A stretch of DNA of 64,000 nucleotides from Mobula hypostoma (Eukaryota): positions 81,346,001-81,410,000 of the forward strand of contig NC_086108.1 in NCBI RefSeq assembly GCF_963921235.1, given 5' to 3'. This document shows, in pieces, positions 37,889 to 49,147 of the stretch. Within the stretch, counting starts at the first letter, position 1, and each line of letters begins with the position of its first letter. The position numbers and the translations under genes were made by a program. The notes under the pieces were generated by a model, which was not told the origin of the DNA, made no database searches, and was given only the letters and a program-made list of their open reading frames with translations.

Positions 37889-39429
37889 TGTGAGGTGTGT
37901 GTGCACATGAGTTTGTGTGTGTGTGTGAGATGGGTGTGAGGTGTGTGCACATGAGCTTGTGTGTGTGTGATGGGTGTGAGGTGTGTGCACATGAGCTTGT
38001 GTGTGTGTGGGTGGTGTATGATGGGTGTGAGTGTGAGGTGTGTGTGTGTGAGTATGTGTGTGGTGCATGATGGGTGTGAGTGTGAGGCGTGTGTGAGTGT
38101 GTGTGCACATGAGCTTGTGTGTGTGTGTGTGTGTGTGTGTGATGGGTGTGAGGTGTGTGTGTGCATGATGGGTGTGAGTGTGAGGTGTGTGTGAGTGTGT
38201 GTGCACATGAGCTTGTGTGTGTGTGTATGTGATGAGTGTGAGGTGTGTGCACACATGAGCTCGTGTGTGTGTGTGTGTATGTGATGGGTGTGCACATGAG
38301 CTTGTGTGTGGTGTATGATGGGTGTGAGTGTGAGGTGTGTGTGAGTGTGTGTGCACATGAGCTTGTGTGTGTGTGAGATGGGTGTGAGGTGTGTGCACGT
38401 GAGCTTGTGTGTGTGTGTGTGATGGGTGTGAGGTGTGTGCACATGAGCTTGTGTGTGTGTGTGTGTGTATGTGTGTGAGGTGTGTGTGCACATGAGCTTG
38501 TGTGTATGTGTGTGTGTGTGTGTGGTGCATGATGGGTGTGAGTGTGAGGTGTGTGTGAGTGTGTGTGCACGTGAGCTTGTGTGTGTGTGTGTGTGTGTGT
38601 GATGGGTGTGAGGTGTGTGCACATGAGCTTGTGCATGTGAGTGTGAGGTGTGTGTGAGTGTGTGTGCACATGAGCTTGTGTGTGTGTGTGTGTGATGGGT
38701 GTGAGGTGTGTGCACATGAGCTTGTGTGTGTGTGTGTGTGATGGGTGTGAGGTGTGTGCACATGAGCTTGTGTGTGTGTGTGTGATGGGTGTGAGGTGTG
38801 TGCACATGAGCTTGTGTGTGGTGTATGATGGGTGTGAGTGTGAGGTGTGTGTGAGTGTGTGTGCACATGAGCTTGTGTGTGTGTGGTGTGTGATGGGTGT
38901 GAGGTGTGTGCACACATGAGCTTGTGTGTGTGTGTGTGTGTGGTGTATGATGGGTGTGAGTGTGAGGTGTGTGTGAGTGTGTGTGTGTGTGTGATGGGTG
39001 TGAGGTGTGTGTGTGTCTGTGAGGTGTGTGTGCACATGAGTTTGTGTGTGTGTGTGTGTGTGTGATGGGTGTGAGGTGTGTGCACGTGAGCTTGTGTGTG
39101 TGTGTGCATGATGGGTGTGAGGTGTGTGCACATGAGCTTGTGTGTGTGTGTGTGTGTATGTGATGGGTGTGCACATGAGCTTGTGTGTGGTGTATGATGG
39201 GTGTGAGTGTGAGGTGTGTGTGAGTGTGTGTGCACATGAGCTTGTGTGTGTGTGTGTGATGGGTGTGAGGTGTGTGTGTGTGGTGTGTGATGGGTGTGAG
39301 GTGTGTGCACACATGAGCTTGTGTGTGTGTGTGGTGTATGATGGGTGTGAGTGTGAGGTGTGTGTGAGTGTGTGTGTGTGTGTGATGGGTGTGAGGTGTG
39401 TGTGTGTCTGTGAGGTGTGTGTGCACATG

Positions 39430-39469
<40 letters not shown>

Positions 39470-40291
39470 ATGGGTGTGAGGTGTGTGCACATGAGCTTGT
39501 GTGTGTGTGTGTGTGTGTGTGAGGTGTGTGTGCACATGAGCTTGTGTGTGTGTGTGTGGTGCATGATGGGTGTGAGTGTGAGGTGTGTGTGAGTGTGTGT
39601 GCACGTGAGCTTGTGTGTGTGTGTGAGATGGGTGTGAGGTGTGTGCACATGAGCTTGTGTGTGTGTGAGGTGTGTGTGCACATGAGCTTGTGTGTGTGTG
39701 TGTAATGGGTGTGAGTGAGGTGTGTGCACATGAGCTTGTGTGTGTGTGTGTGTGATGGGTGTGAGGTGTGTGTGCACATGAGCTTGTGTGTGTGTGTGTA
39801 ATGGGTGTGAGGTGTGTGCACATGAGCTTGTGTGTGTGTGTGTGTGTCAGGTGTGTGTGCACATGAGCTTGTGTGTATGTGTGTGTGTGTGTCTGTGTGT
39901 GTGTATGTGTGTGGTGCATGATGGGTGTGAGTGTGAGGTGTGTGTGAGTGTGTGTGCACGTGAGCTTGTGTGTGTGTGTGATGGGTGTGAGGTGTGTGCA
40001 CATGAGCTTGTGCGTGTGTGTGTCAGGTGTGTGTGCACGTGAGCTTGTGTGTGTGTGTGATGGGTGTGAGGTGTGTGCACATGAGCTTGTGTGTGTGTGT
40101 GATGGGTGTGAGGTGTGTGCACATGAGCTTGTGTGTGTGTGTGTGAGGTGTGTGTGCACATGAGCTTGTGTGTGTGTGTGTGTGTGTGGTCATGATGGGC
40201 GTGAGTGTGAGGTGTGTGTGAGTGTGTGTGCACGTGAGCTTGTGTGTGTGTGTGTGTGTGTGTGACGGGTGTGAGGTGTGTGCACATGAGC

Positions 40292-40332
<41 letters not shown>

Positions 40333-40466
40333 TGCACATGAGCTTGTGTGTGGTGTGTGATGGGTGTGAGTGTGAGGTGTGTGTGACTGTGTGTGCATGT
40401 GATGGGTGTGAGGTGTGTGTGTGTATGTGATGGGTGTGAGGTGTGTGTGTGTGTGTGATGGGTGTG

Positions 40467-40519
<53 letters not shown>

Positions 40520-40556
40520 GTGTGTGTGATGTGTACACACATGAGCTTGTGTGTGT
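37706..40556. repeat. Compound (TG)n satellite with modules GTGCACRTGAGCTT, GATGGGTGTGAGG and GAGTGTGAGG
   Basis: Direct reading; fixed modules separated by variable-length TG runs. Confidence 0.97.
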
Positions 40557-40864
40557 TTACCAAGAATTGTATGGTTTTGATATGTTATTCTAGCAGAAAC
40601 TGCCAGTCTTTGACACCTACCACATTTATTTAGGATGTCTTTATAATCAGAGTAATTGTTGACACCTTCATCTCATTTGTTTTTATCTGCAAGTGGTGGC
40701 ACTAAATAGTCTAAAGAGACTACATCCACTTTTGATTTCTAATGTTTTAACGGAACTGTAAATGTCAAGTTACTGGAGCAAAAACGGAATTATGGCCTCT
40801 GAATTACTACTCCAAAACCTCAGTAAAGATATCATCCTTCTGCCTTTCCATAATACATCGGATC

Positions 40865-41880
40865 AGACTTAAGTCAATCAGCCCACCAACTCTGTTCCAC
40901 CATTCTATCATGGCTGTCTATTATCCCTCTCAACCCCATTCTTCTGCCTTCATCCCATAACCTTTGACACCCTGATTAATCAAGAACATATCAACCTCCA
41001 CCTTAAATATACCGAATAACTTAGCCTGCACAGCCATCTCTGGCAATGAATTCCAAAGATACACCACCCTCTGGCTAAAGAAATTTTTCCTCATCTCTGT
41101 CCTAAATGGACATCCCTTAATTCTAGGCTGCGTCCTCTGGTCCTAGGCTCCCCCACTATAGGAAACACCCTCTGCACATCCACTCTATCCAGGCCTTTCA
41201 ATATTCAATATGTTTCAATCAAATCCCCTCATTCTTCTAAACTCCAGCTGGTACAGGTCCAGAGCTATCAAATGCTCCTCATATATTAACCCTTTTCTTC
41301 CTGGAATCATCATCCTGAACCTCTTTTGGACCCTCTCCCTCACGAGCACATCTTTCCTTTGATAAGGTGTCCAAATCTGCTTACAATACTCCAAGTACTG
41401 TCTGACCAAAGCTTTATAAAGCCTCAGCGTTACAGCCTTGCTTTTAGATCCTAGTCCTCTCTCAATGAATGCTAACATTGTATTACATGGACTCAACTTG
41501 TAAGTTAGCCTTTAGAGAATCCTGCAAGAGGACTCCCGAGTCCCTTTACACCTCTGATATTTGAATTTTCTCCCTGTTTAGAAAATAGTCTCCACCCTTA
41601 TTCCTTCTACCAAAGTGCATGACTATACACTCTCTACACTATATTCCATGGGCCACTTCTTTGCCAACTCTCCTAAGCCACCTAGGTCCCTCTGCAGACT
41701 CCCTGCTTCCTGCCCCTCCACCTATTTTCGTATCATCTGCAAACTTGGCTAATTCAGTTTTCCAAATCATTGACGTATAGTGTGAAAAGAAGCAGTCCTG
41801 ACACTGACCCCTGTGAAGCACCACTTGTCGCCAGCAGCCAACCGGAAAAGGACCTGTTTATTCCCTGCCCTTGCCTGCTT
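40865..41880 (-). mobile_element. CR1/HER1-like 3' fragment
   Basis: SQGSVSG, AKFADDTKIGG, LYKALVRQYLEYC, ERVQKRF; tail near 40870. Confidence 0.85.
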
Positions 41881-42609
41881 CTGCTGGCAAATACCCACAA
41901 ACTCAATAGGCACTTCCCGCTCCTTTGTAAAGATAATTGGCGTTCAACCATTTCCAGGCAATTTAAAATTTCCATGGCCATCTGCAGGCCAAGCAGACAC
42001 TGGGTACGAGTCTTGCTTTGCAAGCTGGTCAGTTTTGCAAGGCTTCAATATACTTTTCACATTTTCTGTCAGGTGGATTTGCAACAGCCAAGAAGTCCAT
42101 GGGAGATAAAACTGTGAGAGTCATAGGATAAATGAGGCCAAAACTTCTTCATATATCATCCGCTGTATCTGGCTAACACTGTTTCACACGAAGCCAGACA
42201 TCTGTGACCTTAGGAAACAGCCTAACCGATTTTCATTTCCTGTTTAAGTGTGATATATTGATATACAAAGAGATGGAGGGATGGCAAGTCCTTTTGTCTG
42301 ACCCAGGATATCCTGACAATGTTTTATGTTTTTTTTTTAAACTTGACCTCCTAATTGTGTGGGGTCAACAAATTAATCCCTTAAGACTTCCCAATAAATC
42401 AGAACATGTTTTGAATTTTAAATTGTGTTTAAACTTGGGCTATTTAAAAAAAAACAGGCATCTGCAAAAGCCTCCAGCTTTTAAGTTGCATGCTTGGGCT
42501 TAGCGGGTGACAGAAACAACATGGACTCCGAGAATGACGTTTGTAAGAAGAAAAGTAATACAGAATAAGAACCTTGAGCTTGAGAGTGAAAATTATGCTC
42601 GGGATTGAA

Positions 42610-42960
42610 AGAGGTTGCAAAGGGCTTTAGATTCAGCCAAATCCATCACAAGCACAACCTTCATTACCACCAAGGACATCTTCAAAAGGTGATGTCTCAA
42701 AATGGTGGTGTACAGCATTAAGAACCTTCAACACCTGAGACATACCCTCTTCTCATTACTACCATCAGGAAGAAGCTACAGGAGTTCAAAGCAGCGCTCA
42801 GTGAACCCTCTGCCATCAGATCTCTGAACGCTCCACGAACCCATGAACCTATTCCTCTTTTGCACTATTTTCTATTTGTAATTTGTAGTCATTTTACGTC
42901 TTGTCGCTCAAAACAACAAACTTCATGCTGTTTGTCATGTTAATAAACGATTCTGAAGAT
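42610..42960 (+). mobile_element. Rex1/Babar-like 3' end
   Basis: GACATCTTCAAAAGGTGATGTCTC..CTACCATCAGGAAGAAGCTACAGGAG..GCCATCAGATCTCTGAACG. Confidence 0.7.
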
Positions 42961-43079
42961 GTACAGCAAGTAAATGACCACTGATTATAATCTCCCCTGC
43001 CATTAGTATGTAGGTCAGTAAGTATTTAAAAGAATAAGATGCAGAAACATCACATATTGTAAAGAAATTGTCTCTGCAA

Positions 43080-43570
43080 AATCAGAATCAGTTTTATTAT
43101 CACAGATATTTCTTGTGAACTTGTTGCTTTGTGGCAGTACAGTGCAATACACAGAATTACTACGCAGGAAGATAAGTATATATAAAAAATAAATTAGTGC
43201 AAAACAAGTGCAAACTAGTGAGATAGTGTTCATGGACTGTTCGGAAATCTAGTGGTGGAGGGGGATAAAGTTGTTCCTAAAACATTAAATGTGTATCTTT
43301 AGGCTCCTGTAACTCCTCAATGACGCTAGTAATGAGAAGAGGGCATGTCCTAGATGGTGAGGTTCCTCTAATGAATTCTCTCTTCTTGAGGCATCTGCTT
43401 TTGAAGATGTCCTCAATAGTGGGGAGGCTCGTGCCTTTGATGGAGCTGGCTGTGCCTACAACCATCTGCAGCTATTTCTGATCCTCTGCACTGGTGCTTC
43501 CACACCAGACAGTGATGCACCTGTAGAAATTTGCTAGAGTCTTTGGTGACATACCAAACCTCAAACTCTA
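43080..43570 (-). mobile_element. Rex1/Babar-like 3' end
   Basis: GTSLPTIEDIFKSRCLKK; (GATTCT)n tail at 43080. Tail-to-tail with 42610-42960. Confidence 0.75.
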
Positions 43571-43574
43571 GCTA

Positions 43575-44190
43575 CACTGTTATTTGTCAAGTAGGGTGCC
43601 GTGCACAATCCTGATTTGATGGAGATGGACGTGACAGCACAGAGGAACATCTGGTGAAACTTCTGAAATGCCTGTTTCGCTGCTGCTGCTACTGTATGGT
43701 CCAGAATCTCCGGAGGAGAAGGCCCTGAAGTCCGGCTTTGCTTGTTGCTTGGCAGCCGGGGCAGGGTCGAAGCGCTTGGCATAGGATGGTGCTCGGAGAG
43801 GGTGTGTTGGAGGGGCTGGTCGGAGGCTCGAAGTTTTCGGACGGACTCAGAGTCCGCTGTGGTCGGGTGCTTCCAATGGTGCTGCATCGGCAAGTTGGCA
43901 GCGCTTGGAGGTTCATGGTGGGGAGAGTTCCTCCCTTCTGCCGCCTGTGTGGGACGATGAGTCTATCGGGACTTTGAGACTTTTTTTTTACGATGCCCAT
44001 GGTCTGCTCTTTATCAAATCATGGTATTGCTTTGCACTGTTGTAACTATATGTTATAATTATGTGGTTTTGTCAGTTTTAGTCTTGGTTTGTCCTGTGTT
44101 TTTATTGTGATATCATTCTAGAGGAACGTTGTATCATTTTTTAATGCATGCATTTCTAAATGACAATAAATGAAAACTGAACTGAACTGT
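43575..44190 (+). mobile_element. Unclassified CpG-rich non-autonomous retro-element with ATGACAATAAA-(ACTGA)n tail
   Basis: GC/CpG-rich body without a credible ORF, T-rich 3' part, AATAAA at ~44165 and a short tandem tail. Confidence 0.55.
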
Positions 44191-44773
44191 TTAGTTTTAG
44201 AAAGGACAAAACTGCATCCGTCCAGTCTTGTAGAAATTATGGCCTACAAAAGTGGCCTCAGCTCAGTCACAATGCCAATAATAGTTCTGTTTGTGAGCCC
44301 AATCCAACAAATACTAGTGGTGCTCTATGGGTTCATGCATCGCACATTCTCACAACTAAAAATGTGTTTCATAGTCTACACCTGGAGGTGTCAAGGGTCA
44401 GGGGTGAGGAGGGAGAGCAGGAGGGTTGAGCAAGAGAGACTTGACATCTGTTCTGCTCATGGGGTTTGAAAAGCTGTTGGGAAGGCAGGGATTGTATGCC
44501 TCTGGTGAAACCAGGGTGACCATGGGGATAATCTATTAAAAGGTTATCTGTTCAATGAGCGGAGGGGAGTAGTTAGAGAGAACATAAACAAAAGAACATA
44601 GACAAAAGAAGATAGGAGTTACAAAATGCAGGAAAGGAGGACAAGCCTAGCTAGCAGGCTGCTCAAATGCTCCACTCACAAAGAGGGAGAGGGAAGAAAG
44701 GGGGGAAAAGCACAAGCTGAGCTAATGATCACAGATGAATGACTGATACAGAATGAGGAAACGTCCAAGGGTA

Positions 44774-45460
44774 GACCATAGGACCCTAAATCAGAATTAG
44801 GTAATTCAACTTATAGAATATAGGTCCTGACGAAGGGTCTCGGCCTGAAACGTCTACTGCGCCTCTTCCTATAGATGCTGCTTGGCCTGCTGCGTTCACC
44901 AGCAACTTTGATGCATGTTTATGGAATATAGAGTCCGCTCTGCCCTCTATCATGGCTGATTTACTTTTCTTCCCAATCCCATTCTTCTGCCTTCTCCCTG
45001 AAACCTTTGATGTCCTTATGAATCAAGAACCTACCATCCTCTATTTTAAACTTGGCCTACACAGCTGTTTGTGGCAATGAATTCTGTGGATTTGCCACCT
45101 TCTGGTTAAAGAAATTCCTCCTCACCTCTGTTCTAAAGGGATGTCTTTGTATTCTGAGGCTGTGCCCCTCGTCCTAGACTCTCCCACTATTGCAAACCTC
45201 CTCTCAATGGCCACTCTGTCTATACCTTTCAATATCCCATAGGTTTCAATGAGATGCTTCCTTCTTCTTCTAAACTTCAGCAAGTACAGGCGTGCAGCCT
45301 TCAATGCTACTCATCCATTAACCATTTTGTTCCTGGGAACATTCTCATACACCTTTTCTGAACCGTCTTCAATGCCATCACATCCTTTCTTCGATATAGG
45401 TCCCAGAATTGCTCACAGTTCTCCAAATGCGGTCTGACCAATGCCTTGTTAAATTCAATA
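44774..45460 (-). mobile_element. CR1/HER1-like 3' fragment, interrupted at 44824-44918
   Basis: LIETYGILKGIDRV..VGESRTRG; tail at ~44774. Confidence 0.8.
44824..44918 (+). mobile_element. 95-bp Penelope terminal-repeat-derived unit with hammerhead core
   Basis: GTCCTGACGAAGGGTCTCGGCCTGAAACGTC start; flanked by TTATAGAATATAG (44811-44823) and TTATGGAATATAG (44919-44931). Confidence 0.8.
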
Positions 45461-46789
45461 TTACTTGAGTCCACAAGGCTTTAAAAAGCTCAGACAAAAA
45501 GGAGGTGTGATTCCTCAAGCTCACAATGTGGTCTATTCTACAGTGGAGAAACCCAAAGTAGATTGGGTAATTCCCTTGCGGAACGCCTGCATCTGTGCGC
45601 ACCCACGGTGACCCCGAGTTTTCCTTTGCCTGACGTTTTATTTTCCCATCCTATTCCATCTTTGACTAACACAGACTCAATACAAGCTTGGCAAACATCA
45701 CCATGTCTATTTTTTGAGCACATTGAAACCTCTGGGCTCAGAATTGACTTCTACAACTTCAGAGTCTCTATCAGCCTCTCTCTGTAATATTAGCTCAGAT
45801 TAGTTTCTTTCTCTCTTTGGGAGTTGAAGACATGGCCCGTGTGACCTGACAGGAAACGCACAATCAAATTTCCATTGTGATGTTAAATGACCTGGAGATG
45901 CCTGTGACTGCATTTCACTCCATGTTGAGTATGTCTTCAACAGGACAAACATTTTGCAATCAAGCTTCCTGGCTAGTTTTTCTCACTGACGCAGTGGCAA
46001 TGAAATATGCAACAATTCTGTGGGTTTCTATATCCTTCAAATTCGTTTTGCTTATACATTCTGGAATAAACATTGTTTTTGCTTCAGCCTTCCATTTCAG
46101 ATGGCCACCCACAAATTCCAAATGATTGCCACATCTCCTTCTATGCTAAATTGTTAATTATTGACTGAGAACATGTTCCAAAATCCCTGAAAATGCAGAA
46201 AGAAAGAAATTCTGGTTCTGATTCCGGTATTTTCCCCCCTTCTTGTCCAGTCCTGATGTAGGGTCTCAGCACAAAAGGTCTACTGTTGCCACTTGACTTG
46301 CTACGTTCCTCCATCATTTTGTGTGCATTGGTTGCGTTGAAAGAAAGAAAGTTTTTCCTGGAGTATGAATAAAGATGTAAGGATACCTTGGAGTCTGGAA
46401 TTTCAGAATTCTACCTAATTTGGACTGTACCAATAAATTTATATAACAATTACAGCACGGAAACAGGTCATCTTGGCCATTCTAGTCCATGCCGAATGCT
46501 TACTCTCACCTAGTCCCACTGACCTGTGCTCAGCCCATAACCCGCCATTCCTTTCCTGTCCATATAGCTATCCAATTTTACTTTAAATGATAATATCGAA
46601 CCTGCCTCTACCACTTCTACTGGGAGCTAGTTATGGGTGGATATATCACCTATTCAACTCAAGCCAAAGATGATAGTGGATTGACTTACTGGGATTCTGT
46701 GGGAAATTCCTCAACTTAGTGCCTTGAAGGGCCACAGAGGTCTACAGTGTGTCTGAAGCCTTCACTACAGTGATCAAGGTCAAAAGCGG

Positions 46790-47012
46790 CCTGTTTTAAA
46801 ACTCTCTCCATTATTTCCAGTCCTATTGCTCTCCAAGATTTCTGCATTTCACCAATTCCTGTATATTCTCAGCTTCAATCACTCTAGTAATGATGTTCCA
46901 GCCTCTAGGTGCCAATCCTCAGACTCAGCAATTCCCTCCATAAATCTCTTCCGCACGCCAGCACTCTCCTCCTTTAAGATTATCCTTAAAACGTATGTCT
47001 TTAATTAGGCTC
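46790..47012 (+). mobile_element. Old L2-like LINE 3' relic
   Basis: AATTCCCTCCATAAATCTCTTCCG..CTCTCCTCCTTTAAGATTATCCTTAAAACGTATGTCTTT (NSLP..LSSFK..LKTY.F motif). Confidence 0.55.
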
Positions 47013-47017
47013 CAATC

Positions 47018-47145
47018 ACAAACAAGAGAAAATCTGCAGATGCTGGAAATCTGAGCAACATACACAAAATGATGGAGGAACTCAGCAGGCCAGGCAGCAT
47101 CTATGGGAAAAAGTACAGTCGATGCTTCGAGTTGAGACCCTTCAG
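47018..47145 (-). mobile_element. Penelope terminal-repeat relic
   Basis: TCTGCAGATGCTGG..GAGGAACTCAGCAGGCCAGGCAGCATC..GTCGA..GAGACCCTTCA; related relics at ~35660-35785, 46246-46330, 58780-58866 and 59148-59240. Confidence 0.7.
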
Positions 47146-48223
47146 CTTTGGTGAATGGTTACAACATCCGCTGATGCTGTTCGACATCAAATTTTGTTGA
47201 CAATGTGGCTGGGAAGCACTTAATGATGCTATATCTTGTTAAATTTGTCATACAATCATGTGTTGTTTTAGTTGGAATATCTACAAGAAGAGCTGAGAAT
47301 TTCAAAACAAAAATTGTCCTACCCTTTTGGCCTTCAAATCTCTGCTTTAGAAGGAAGATCAATTATAGCAGAGAATCTGCTATTAACATATTCAGAGCAC
47401 AGTGATAAAGGGACAGGAATATAACACACAGAATTTAAGAGCCCATTATCACTGGGGAATCTGGCAGCTCTTCTCCTGAAACAGTCAAATTAGAAGTGCT
47501 GAGAGTAAAAGTCTGACTTATTTGAGCAACTTTTGTCTCTGGTTGTGAGCCAAACAGCAATGGAGTGCTCTGCTTGCAATTCAGCCGAACCACGTGAATG
47601 TCCACAAGGACTGGGCTGTGGCATCAAAGGCTCAGAGCACCTTTGCAGAACTATTCTGGGAAGAATGTTTTCATGTTGGAACTATTTTAGAAATGGGCAT
47701 TGAGAGGATTATAACCTAGTATTATAACATTGTTGCATTGGAATCAGTCAGTAGTTTTTTGTCACGACATCAGCAGCTAAAAGCCATTTCATACAACACT
47801 ACCATTGGCAGTCAACCACATATCCTGCTTATGGATTAGCAAGACCTGCAAAATCAGCAGGTTCGATGGTATTTATTTAGGGGGGCATGCTCTACAAATT
47901 TCTTTATTCCTGAACTGTTGCATCTGTGTGACATATCGGCTCAGATTGCCAGCACTGTAGTTGCTCCCAAGACCAAGGGATTCTTGTTACATAAGTGGCC
48001 TTCTTCCACTCATCTGCTGCGATTGAAAATCCTTGAACCAGTTGCAGGTGGACCAACTGTATAGCAACAGAAAATCATTGCCCTTTGAGCTATCCATTAT
48101 CAGACAAGTTAATTTTTGGGGAGAATGACTTTGTGTGCTTTTCAAGGCAACTCTCCTTGCACACTACCTTCACTGTTACTGGAAGGACATTATTCAACAA
48201 TATGGCAATGCACTTTAAAAGTC

Positions 48224-49147
48224 TTGTGGGGGTAGAAGGGTGGGTTGGCAAGTTTGCAGACGACACAAAGGTTGGTGGTGTTGTGGATAGTGTAGAGGAT
48301 TGTCAAAGATTGCAGAGAGACATTGATAGGATGCAGAAGTGGGCTGGAAGTGGCAGATGGAGTTCAACCCAGAGAAGTGTGAGGTGGTACACTTTGGAAA
48401 GACAAACTCCAAGGCAGAGTACAAAATAAATGGCAGGTTACTTGGTAGTTTGGAGGAGCAGAGGGATCTGGGGGAACATGTCCATAGATCCCTGAAAGTT
48501 GCCTCACAGGTTGATAGGGTAGTTAAGAAAGCTTATGGGGTGTTAGCTTTCATAAGTCGAGGGATAGAGTTCAAGAGTCGCGGAGTAATGGTGCAGCTCT
48601 ATAAAACTCCGGTTAGGTCACACTTGGAGTACTGTGTCCAGTTCTGGTCGCCTTACTATAGGAAAGATGTGGAAGCATTGGAAATTGGGAAGGGTACAGA
48701 GGATATTTACCAGGATGCTGCCTGGTTTAGAGAGTATGGATTTTGATCAGAGATTAAGGGAGCTAGGGCTTTACTCTCTGGAGAGAAGGAGGATGAGAGG
48801 AGACATGATAGAGGTATACAAGATATTAAGAGGAATAGATAGAGTGGACAGCTGGTGCCTCTTCCCCAGGCACCACTGCTCAATACAAGGGGACATGGCT
48901 TTAAGGTAAGGGGTGGGAAGTTCAAGGGGGATATTAGAGGAAGGTTTTTTCACTCAGAGAGTGGTTGGTGCATGGAATGCACTGCCTGAGTCAGTGGTGG
49001 AGGCAGATACACTAGTGAAATTTAAGAGACTACTAGACAGGTATATGGAAGAATCTAAATGGAGTGTTATGTGGGAGGTAGGGCTTAAGGGTCAGCACTT
49101 TGTGGGCTGAAGGGCCTGTACTGTGCTGTACTATTCTATGTTCTATG
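48224..49147 (+). mobile_element. CR1 3' fragment
   Basis: KFADDTKVGG through to an (TTCTATG)n tail; two frameshifts shared with 52366-53285. Confidence 0.93.

Noticed and set aside
37706..40556. CRISPR-like repeat/spacer appearance of the fixed modules
   Set aside because: Spacers are TG runs rather than unique sequence, no cas genes are present, and the context is vertebrate.
37436..40563. His/Thr-rich ORFs of 907, 787 and 701 aa, and Cys/Val-rich plus-strand ORFs
   Set aside because: All three minus frames are open because CA-based repeats lack stop codons; satellite artefact.
42055..42120. Possible small exon (pyrimidine tract, CAG, downstream GTGAGA)
   Set aside because: No recognisable peptide and no partner exons; cannot be supported without RNA data.
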